Positions 1 through 9,800 of a stretch of DNA of 32,000 nt are shown here, in pieces. The stretch's first letter is position 1, and each line of letters starts with the position of its first letter. Position numbers and translations under genes: made by a program. The notes under the pieces were generated by a model. The model did no database searches, was not told the DNA's origin, and saw only the letters and a list, made by a program, of their open reading frames with translations. This DNA is from Synechocystis sp. PCC 6803 substr. PCC-P (lineage in GTDB: Bacteria > Cyanobacteriota > Cyanobacteriia > Cyanobacteriales > Microcystaceae): positions 1,170,001-1,202,000 of the forward strand of contig NC_017039.1 of the NCBI RefSeq assembly GCF_000284455.1. The letters are read 5' to 3'.

Positions 1-442
1 AAACGTCTTGGGCTGATTGATAAAGGAGGGGAATATTTTGCACACCAATGACATCGGGAGCTACTTTGTCGATGATGGGCCCAGCAACGCTGACAATTTC
101 AAAACGTCCTCCGGTAATGAACTGTACTGCTTGGGGATCGCCAGCGGGAATGGAAGCGTCGTGGGGAATGGGGGAAACAAAAAGTTCTCCCTCCGTTTGC
201 TTAAATACTTCTAGCCACAGTTCTTCTAGGGCTTTATGGAGAGGGCTAGTGTCGGGTTGATTATGAAGATGGAAAGCTCGAATTTTTGCTTGGCTATAAT
301 ACTCCCCATACTTACCAGGCAGAGGCAAAATTTTGTTTAAAATTTCCTGGGGAATGCCCTCGGCTAATAGTTTTGGTGCGGCGATCGCCAGAAGGGAACT
401 GGCCCCTGCCAAAGCGAGAAAATTTCTCCGTGAATGTTTCAT
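1..442 (-). CDS. TRAP-type (DctP-like) C4-dicarboxylate-family solute-binding protein, N-terminal part, truncated by the window edge
   Basis: Manual reverse-strand translation from ATG at 442 is open to base 2: MKHSRRNFLALAGASSLLAIAAPKLLAEGIPQEILNKILPLPGKYGEYYSQAKIRAFHLHNQPDTSPLHKALEELWLEVFKQTEGELFVSPIPHDASIPAGDPQAVQFITGGRFEIVSVAGPIIDKVAPDVIGVQNIPLLYQSAQDV. Tat/Sec-like leader plus DctP-like sequence. Not in the supplied ORF track. Confidence 0.78.
   Translation of the reverse strand, partial: MKHSRRNFLALAGASSLLAIAAPKLLAEGIPQEILNKILPLPGKYGEYYSQAKIRAFHLHNQPDTSPLHKALEELWLEVFKQTEGELFVSPIPHDASIPAGDPQAVQFITGGRFEIVSVAGPIIDKVAPDVIGVQNIPLLYQSAQDV
381..388. repeat. HIP1 octamer GCGATCGC (example)
   Basis: Exact palindrome. 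Another copy lies at 850-857, and many ggcgatcgcc contexts occur elsewhere in the window. Confidence 0.9.
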
Positions 443-489
443 AACTGATATTCCCCATTATTTAGCTCTGAATTATAAGGCGTAATTTT

Positions 490-590
490 CTAGTCAAAGC
501 TGACCTCGACCACATTTTTGGCAAAGCTTCCATAATGCCTGGGTGATGGAATAGGCGGCGGCTTTGGAAGCAGAAAGGGAAATTACTGGG
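490..590 (-). pseudogene. Remnant of a short-chain dehydrogenase gene with internal deletions, paralogous to the intact SDR at 10181..10927
   Basis: The reverse strand encodes ...SFAKNVVEVSFD stop, matching the C-terminus ...[12 protein letters not shown] of the intact SDR. 534-575 matches 10428-10469, and 576-590 (agggaaattactggg) matches 10497-10511 (agggaaactactgag), so about 205 bp and 27 bp are missing. Confidence 0.75.
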
Positions 591-592
591 AA

Positions 593-614
593 AAACCCTA
601 CAAATGAAGGGTTT
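593..614. repeat. Short inverted repeat, AAACCCT-N8-AGGGTTT, possible hairpin
   Basis: 7-bp perfect arms at 593-599 and 608-614 separated by 8 nt, between the SDR remnant and the giant gene. No downstream T-run. Confidence 0.35.
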
Positions 615-825
615 AGCTTCCTAGAAATTGCTGCTTAAATCTTGGAATGTAGCATCGGCACAGAAGATGGTTAAGCAATGGTTATGAGACTTTCCTAAAG
701 AATAATGATAATTTATCTACGGCTCTGGATAATTTTCTCGAAGACCTCCACCTCCCGGTCATAGACATAAGTACTTTCTACTTTGTTCAACATCCTGTTT
801 TTCCTCTGTCTTACATAAGGTATTT

Positions 826-3800
826 ATGGCTGCCTCTACCCAGACTCCGGCGATCGCCGTTGACTCGAACGGTTTTACACATTTAGTTTGGAACCAAAAT
901 AACGTCATTTACCACGCCTACTACGACCCTTCTGTCGGGCGGTGGCGGGAATCTGCTCCGATCGCCAATAGTGTCAGTGCCAAAGAACTTAAAATTACCA
1001 CAGGAGTACGAAGCCAAGGGGAAGAAACAGGAAGTTCCGTAGAGGGGATTTTTATTTCTTGGATCGAAGGAGAAGGAAATAACAGCGATATTCATGGCGC
1101 TAGCGGCATTCTCAATAGCCTAGGGCAATATAACTGGGGCCAAACATTCAAGCTCACCGATGACGCAGTGAGTGATGAAAATATGCGGTTGCAGACCACT
1201 GCCGACGGTAATCTGCTCCTAATCACCGAAAAAATTGACTTAGATGATCCCCAAGCTGACAGAGATTTATACAGCCAAGTCATAGACCTCAGAAACCGAG
1301 AAACACTCCATAACACCCTCACCCAGGTCAAGCCTCTCAATCCCAGTAATTTTATTGCTCCCAATGCTTCCCCCACCTTGGCCCTCGGAGATGGAGATAT
1401 ACAAGTTCCAGGAACTTTTTTAATCACGAAAGAAAACAAAAAAGAGTATCAACTTCCTTTATCTTTTTTTAACGGCAAATTGGAATTCAAAAATGCCCTT
1501 GCCCTAGGGGGGGGGATCAACTTTACGAACCTGATTAATTCGGGTGATCCAGGGCTATCTGCTTTTTTGCAACTGCAGGATGAACTGTCCGGGGCACTGA
1601 GCTTCGGTAAAAACAAGGTTTCCCTCAAAGGTCGTCTACAGGGGAAACTCCAACTAGATTTTTTACTTAACGGGGATGGCAATACTTTTTCTGCATCCGA
1701 TGCCCTGAGGCTCAGGGGAGAATACGAACGTAATTTATTACCAGGGAAAACCACCTATGACATTGGTTTTTCTGTAGGTGGAGTTCCGATTTCTCTCCTC
1801 GATGCTGAAGTTCAGTTGGGATTGCTTTTTGATTTGGCTTTTACGCTCAAACAAAAATGGAGTACAGATTTTGATCTTACCCCCCAAGCCCTAGTCACGG
1901 GGGGATCAACCCTAGCTGAAACTCAGACAGAAAATACAACTGTTGAATATTGGTATTCCTTGGTGCGGGCTGATGGCACTCCGGCCCAGCCTGGAGATGA
2001 CCCCAGCCAACTCTACTGGCTAATCAATTCGGACCAAGCCGCAGACAATTTGCTTGCGCCGCCCCCTGGTTTAGAAGCTCCAAGTCCAGCGGAATTAGCA
2101 CTGATTCCCGGCGTGGAAAACACTGGTCTTCTTAGCTTTGGCACTGGATTATCAGGCAAATTAAAGCTGGCCTTGCTTGGCTTTACGGCTTTTGATTTTG
2201 AAAGCAAGCTAGAGATCCTGGCAAACTTTGAAGTTTTCCCTAACGTCGGATTTGATAGCTTAGAAGAAACACTCGCACTAGGGCTAAATCTTTTTGGTAA
2301 AAAATGGTCCACAACCCTCAAAGTTGAGCAAAACTTCGATAATCCCAGCTTGATTGCAGAAAATTTGTCGACTACCCTCAATGCCGATGATTTGCTAGTT
2401 GGCATTAACCCTGATTTTATCCAAGGAAGTACTGCGATCTATGCGGGCAATCCCCTTGATGGCACTAGTGTTGGTTCTAATCTGACCGATGACACCTCCC
2501 CCAGTATTCTTGTAGCGAGTGATGGCAATCTTTATGCTACCTGGGTGAAAAATACCCATAATGAAAGTCTGTCCCAGGTGTTACTGGCGAAATCCACCGA
2601 TGGCGGCAATACCTGGAGCAATCCTTTAGTGATTCCCAACAGTGCCGGCATGAACTTTAACCCGGTCATCGGCACAACGGTAACGGGGCAACTATTGGTG
2701 GTTTGGAGTAATGCCAGTCCTGATATTTTTAATCCCGATGGAAGCGTTAACCGGCCTGAGTTTGTTGAATCCCTTGCGGCCAGTACGTTGTTCTATTCAA
2801 CCTCCAATGATAATGGCGCTACTTGGAGCGATGCCATACCCATTAACCCAGACATTAAAACTCCCCAGGCTTTGACCCTAACTCAACTGGCGAATGGCGC
2901 ATTACTTCTATCCTGGGTCGTAGCGGATACCCTGATACCAGATACCGGACTATATACCAATGGCGGTGACACTAAGAATGATGTACTTTACAGTTCTTTT
3001 TGGAATGGAACAAGCTGGAGTAATGCTCAAATCGTAGCTAGCGGTGACCTGCGTTTATTAGAAACGCCCGTATCTGCAACGGTGGGCGGCGAAGCGACAA
3101 TATTCTGGACAGAGGTGAATCCTGCTGCCGATGATGGCATAAGTATTTTTTATAGTAGCTATAATCAGCAATTTGCCCAGTGGACTCCTGCGGTTCTATT
3201 TGCGCCGGATTTATCAAACCTCACCACTTTCCAAACCGTGGCGGAGGCGATCGAAATTAGCAACAGCATCAGCAATCAAACAGTTAATTCTGCTTTTGAT
3301 CAGCCAACCCACAACAGTGTTGTGGCGGAAAGTGATTTGCGCTTAGTAATTCCCCACAACAATAGTCAAGGCTCCAGTCAACTCCAAGTTTCACCTATTC
3401 GGGTAAAAGAAACCGATGGCGAAGCTGTTTTGCTTGTGCGTCGCACCGGGAATATTCAAGAAGCGGTGAGCTTTAATTATCGTACTGTAGATGGTTCTGC
3501 CACAGCGGGGGCTGATTATGTAGCCCAGGCTGGAACCCTGACCTTTGCTCCAGGGGAAGTTTTCAAGGAGATTCGGATTGCAATCCTAGATGATGACATT
3601 ACCGAACGCCGGGCAGAAAAATTTCGGGTGGTCATCACTAGTGACCATGAAGGTGCTCACCTCCGCCTAGATGGTTTGCGTTTGGGGAATACCAGATTAG
3701 AACTCGTTGCAACGGTAACAACCATTGAGGATGAGCCAACCAGCCTATCTGAAATTGACAGTGGTTTCATCTTAAATGCAGATCCCCTAGCCCAAGCTGG

Positions 3801-6800
3801 TATGGCGATCGCCCCAGGGGGAGATATAAATAGTGATGGCACGGATGATTTCTTGGTAGGCGCACCGGCCAAAAATGGGGGCAATGGTGCCGTCTATGTG
3901 GTCTATGGTAATCCGACCATTGGCATTCGGGATCAAGGTCTATCCTTGGATAGTCTTGATGGTACTAATGGGGTCATTATCCAGGGAGCGAGTCAAAGCC
4001 TATTGGGAACGGCCATGGCGACGGCGGATTTAGACAGTGACGGGTTGAGTGATCTGGTGTTGGGAGCTCCTCAAAATTCAGTGCAAAATTCTGCGGGTAA
4101 AGTTTATATTCTGCGGGGTAGCAACGTCGAGGGTCAAAGCACTATTGATTTATCTACGGCTTCTAGTTTAGTTTTGGAGTCCAATCAAGCCGGTAATGCG
4201 GCGGGCTTTAAAACGGCGATCGCCGACGTGACAGGGGACGGTCTAGCAGATGTGATTATCAGTGCCCCTGCCATTAATACCATTTATGTAGTATTTGGGT
4301 CGGCCATTAAAAATGCCCTGAACAGTAACACCCCCTCCCTGAATTTGGACAATCTAGGCAGTGACGGCTTTCTTCTAAATACAGGGATCGGCCAAATCGG
4401 AACAGGATTAGGCGTGGCTGACATCAATGGCGATGGTGTCTTTGATCTATTATTGGGGGCACCCCAGGCCAATCCGGTAGATTATTCTGGTAGCGAAGAT
4501 GCGGATAGTAAGCCTCTAGCCTATGGCGGTCAGGTCTATGTTGCCTTTGGTGGCACCGGTTTAAATGGTTCTTTGAACCTAGGTCAACTCAATGGCAGTA
4601 ATGGTCTGATTCTCAATGGGCAAGCTTTTTATAACCAGTCCAACCTGGGGGGAGGCACCCCCTCTGACCCGAATTTACAGCCGGACTTCACTATTGCAGA
4701 TAACGCTGGCACCAACGTGGTCAATGCGGGCGACATCAATAATGACGGTTTCGATGACTTTATTATCAGCGCCGCCAACTCTGCCGCCAATGGCATTAAT
4801 GGCTTAGGGCGAGCCTATGTGGTTTTTGGCAAGGCTTCGGGATGGAATAGTGCGATTAATTTGCAAAATCTCGATGGCACCAATGGATTTATCATCAACG
4901 GTATTTACGATACAACCCAAAATTTGGGGGGTAATGCAGGGTACTGGATTTCCGCTGTCGGGGATATCAATAACGACTTTTTTGATGACTTTATTATCAG
5001 CGCGCCAACCTTAGGAACCAATGGGCCTAACAGTGCCACCGGCCAAAGTTATCTTATTTTAGGTACAAGTCAATGGGCTAATTTCCTCAATCAAGGGGTA
5101 CTGGAATTATCCGACGTCAATACTCTTAATAGTCGGGTCTTTTTGTTTAACAATCCTAACTCCGGTACTCAATTGGGCTTAGGCCTGGGGTCTATTGGGG
5201 ATGTGAATGGAGATGGTTCCCCCGATATGGCGATCGCCACGCCTCAGATCTATCCAGGAGTCGAGACTAGCCAAATTTACGTTGCCTACGGACACCCTTG
5301 GGTCGGAGCGGGCGGCAGTATTGATGTCACCAAATTGCGGAGTGATAACGGTTTTGTCTTCCAGCCCGTCACTAAGAATGAAATTGGAACGGTGCAGTTA
5401 GGGGCGGATATTAACAACGACGGCTATGTTGATACCCTAATTGCGGATGCGGGCTTTAATGGTGCTGGGGGGAAAATTGTTTACCTTTTCTTTGGCAGTG
5501 ACCCGGCTCAACCCAGCACTTTTGTCGATAGTGTAGCGATTACGATCGCCAGCAATGATGGTCTGATTTTAGGTCAGCAAACCCTCGACTACGGCGACTT
5601 CAACAACGATGGCATTACTGATTTTGTCGTTTCCCGCAGTGGCGCCTTAGGGCAAAGCTACGCAACCATTATTTTGGGTAGCGAAGATTCCTCCATCTGG
5701 TCAAGCATTAACCCCGATACCGGCATTGACATCAATAATTTACTTGCAAGTAATGGTGGTGTTAATATCACCGTTCCTAACGTTCCTAACCAAGGCGCAC
5801 TGGTGAATCTAGCCTCCGGTGACTTTAACGGGGATGGTATAGATGATGTTTTACTTAGCAGCGCAAACCTCAACCCAGTCATTGTTTTTGGCAAAGAAAC
5901 CTGGAGCAGTGGAGTAACTAGCAATGTCAATGTTTTAAATGAGTCTTTACCCATCCAAATTGAAGCGGGTAAACCAATTACAGCAGTCAATTCCCTGGGG
6001 GATGTTAATGGTGATGGCTACGAGGATTTTGGCTTGATTGGCATTGATGAGGTTAATGAAAACCTTTATGGTTACGTCATTTTTGGCAAAAACAATTTAG
6101 CCTCCAATTCCTCCCTCAATTTAGCAACCCTCAATGGCAGTAATGGCTTTAAGTTAACCTCTCCAAGCATTTCTAGCATATCTGAGCAGGGAGGAGTGGG
6201 CAGTATTAGCTTGGCAGGAGATCTCAACGGTGATGGCTTTGGAGACTTCATTGTCGGCCTGACGAATGATCTTAACTTTGGTAAGAATGGCGCAGCCTAT
6301 GTTGTCTTTGGAGGCCGTAACCTTGGCTCCAGCGGCTCTTTCAACCTCAGCAACTTAAATGGTGGCAACGGCTTCACCATCCAGCAGGCTCCTGGCTCAG
6401 AAGACCTCGTAGGTTATAGTATCGCTGGCGGCGGAGATATCAATGGGGATGGTTATGATGACTTGCTGGTTAGTGCCCCTAGCGCAGGAGTTGGGAACCC
6501 AGATGGGACAAATAATGGTGATACAGAAGGAACTATTTATACTCTATTTGGTAGTTCTATTCTCGGTGTTGGTGGCACGGTGGATCTGTCCAATTTAAAT
6601 GGCAGTAATGGATTTGAGACCGTTGGTGCCCAAGCCTATTCCTTTGCGGGTTCCTTTGTGGGGGGATTAAGTGATGTCAATGGGGACGGCTACGCCGATC
6701 TTGGCATTGGGGCCCAGGGTGACAACTCCCAAGGAGTTTCAGGGTTGGCCTACAACGTCTTTGGTGGGGACTTTACCCAGAATGTCACCTACGTTGGCAC

Positions 6801-9800
6801 TATTGACAACGACATTTTTTCGGCAACTTCCCTCGCAACCTCATCCGCTCCCCATATTATGAATGGGGGTCAGGGTAACGATATTTTGCAGAGCGCAGGT
6901 GTAAATGTTTCCGCCGGGGGACGAGTCGTGATGAATGGAGGCCAAGGCAATGACTTGCTATCCATCGGGAGTCTCAATTTTGAACGCTTGGACGGGGGTA
7001 GTGGTAAAGATATTTTGCAACTCAATAGTTACATTCTGTCTTCCAACAACCTTGACCTCACCGATACCACAATCGGCAGTCGGATCCGAGGTATTGAAGT
7101 CATTGACCTAGGAATTAACAATCGGGTCACGTTGAACGTAGAAACCCTCACAGCCTTATCTGATACCACCAACACTTTTACGGTTTTGGGTCATAACTCC
7201 TTTATCGTCGCCAGTGACTTCCAGAATTGGACAAAATCAGGGACTGTGACAGAACAAGGTGTAACTTATGACCAGTACATAAATAAGGGAACTAAGCTCT
7301 TAATTCAACAAAGCAATAATCTATTTGAGTCCACCGCTGTTTCCTCTGTGGCGGTCTATGGTACAGAAAACGGTGAAACCCTCGTGCCAGGTATTTTTCC
7401 CGGATTTGTCGGCAAAGATAATATCATTTTTGCCCTAGGGGGAGATGACTTAGTCGATCTGAGTCTGGCCCAGGGCAACAATCAAGTTTATGGTGGTCCA
7501 GGTAACGATCGCCTTATTGCAGGACAAAATGATTCTCTGTTCGGGGGTTTAGGAAACGACATCCTTGATACCTCGGGCGATCGGGGAACTAATAACCTAA
7601 ATGGTGGAGATGGAGATGATACTTTCTTCCTGGGACAGGGAGACAAGGCCTTCGGTAACGATGGTAATGATCGCTTCTTCATGCGGGGCAGTGGTCGAAA
7701 CTTGATCAGCGGTGGAGCCGGAGCGGATCATTTTTGGATTGCGGATATTGACTTTACCAATTCTTTTAATGCGATTCTGGACTTTGAGCTAGGTATTGAT
7801 ACCATTGGGCTTAAGGGTTTAGCTTCCCGTCAAGACGATCTCAAGCTCATTCAGTATGGCACTGATGTTTTAATTGCCCTAGGGGATGAATATCTGGCTC
7901 GGGTAACAGGTGTCCTGCGTCCCTTCCTAGAAGTTGTTAGTGATGGCATAGACCTATTTGTTCAAGGTGCCCAAGATGTATCTCCCATTGTCGTTAGCAA
8001 TACAAATGACTCGGGAGCCGGTTCCCTTCGGCAAGCCATTATTGATGCAGGCGCTAATGCCAGCCCCGATACGATTGATATGACTGGTATCGCCGCTGGC
8101 ACCATTATTTTGAATAGTCCTTTACCCACTCTCAATAACCGTAATGATATTACCTTTGTAACTCTAGGAGCCTTTGGTACTCCAACGATAAAGTTTAATA
8201 ACCCCTCGGCTTTCAACAATATTTTCACCCTTGAAGGGGTCGCAGTTAATCTTTCCTACATGAACTTGCAGAATGGCTATGCCAAAGGCGGCGATGGGGT
8301 AAGTGGCGGCGGCGGTGGTGCCGGGGCTGGTGGCGCCCTAACTATCCTCCAAGGTAGTACTGTCATTATTGATAATGTGAGCTTTGACAGCAATCGAGCC
8401 GTGGGCGGCAATGGAACAGCCGGGGCCCGTGGTGGTGGTGGTGAGATTTTTGGAACCCCGGATGATCGTCCTTCTGCCGGGGGAGGGGGCGGAAATTTTA
8501 ACGCCTCTGGTAATGCCAACAATGGCGGTGCCGCAGGGTCTGTTGGTGATGATAAAGCTGGGGGAACTGGGGGAACTGGGGGAACTGGAGGTTTCGGGAT
8601 CGGTGGCGGTGGCGGTGGTGGCGGTGGCGGTAGTTCAAGTGGTAGTCCATTTGATTTTACTCCCAGAAATGGAGGAAGTGGCGGCCCTGGTGGTGCTGGT
8701 GGCTTTGGTGCCGGTGGTGGTGCTGGTGGCGGTGGCGGTGGTTCTTCAGGACAAAATCCTGGTGATGATAAGAGAGGTGGCTTTGGTGGTTCTGGAGGGT
8801 CCGGAGGTGGCAATCCCATCGGTGGGAATGGTAGTGTAGGGTCTCAAGGGGGCGCTGGTAATACAGTTGAAGGAGGTAGTCCCGGAAATGGGGGTAGTGG
8901 CGGCGGCGGTGCTGGTTTAGGCGGTGCGCTCTTTATTAACCAGGCCACGGTTACCATCACTAATTCCCAGTTCAGTGGCAACACAACCCAAGGAGGAACT
9001 GGGGGAAATTCCGGTCAAGCATTGGGCGGAGCCATTTTTATTACCGACAATTCCTTCGTGACTGGTGCGGGTCTGACATTCAGCAATAATTCTGCTCCCA
9101 GTAGTCCCGGCGGTAGTTTTAGCAATGCCTATGGCCAGTTCCAAAACAATAATGATGTCTATGGCACCATTGATTCCCTTTCCAATGCTTCAACGAACCT
9201 ATTCCTGGTTCCTCCCCTTACTCCCGAGGTGCAAAACGAGATAAGCGTCGTTGCTAAAGACAATCTTTTCTTTGTGCAATTGCCTGACGGCAGTGAAGTC
9301 AGTCTTCTTTACGAGGATCAGCCCTTTGTAAGTGGCAGTTTTGGAAATTGGCAAATCCTCGAAGCAGAAACAATTAATGGTGTTAATAACGTGCTTTGGC
9401 AGAATCCTGATATTGATGAAATTGGGGTTTGGAACGCCGATAGTAACTGGAACTGGATTTCGTCCGAAACTTGGCCTACCAATTCTTTCAACACTTTGGA
9501 AGCAGAAATTAATTTCCAGATTGATTTAAACGGCGATGAACTCCTTGGCGATCGCCTTACAAATATTGAAAGCAAAGGTAACACTAGTTTTCTCGAAGGT
9601 ATCTTTGGTAATTATTATGTTCAAACTGGGGATGATTTAACGGCACCAATCAAATATCTGGGTGAAGTATTTGAAAACAATTTTGGTGACTGGCAGGGCC
9701 TAGCAGCGGAGACAGTTAATGGTATTAACCAGGTACTTTGGCAAAACCTTGAAACTAGTGAAATTGGTGTTTGGAGCACCGATAGCAACTGGAATTGGCT

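Noticed and set aside
17-260. Forward ORFs of 65 and 70 aa at the left edge
   Set aside because: They are antisense to the well-supported TRAP solute-binding-protein frame that spans 1-442 on the minus strand.
381-857. HIP1 octamers as a locus-specific signal
   Set aside because: GCGATCGC is dispersed genome-wide in Synechocystis and related cyanobacteria. Its presence is expected and only supports the taxonomic guess.
8277-8819. 180-aa Pro-rich reverse ORF and the overlapping 151-aa Val/Leu-rich forward ORF (8384..8839)
   Set aside because: Both are shadow frames of GGN-rich codons in the glycine-rich region. Poly-Pro and poly-Val composition is the expected artefact, and neither has initiation context or domain-like sequence.
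883-9584. Numerous 60-130-aa reverse or alternate-frame ORFs overlapping the 3016-aa gene
   Set aside because: They lie inside a strongly supported coding frame, have no recognisable domains, and match the expected density of chance ORFs.
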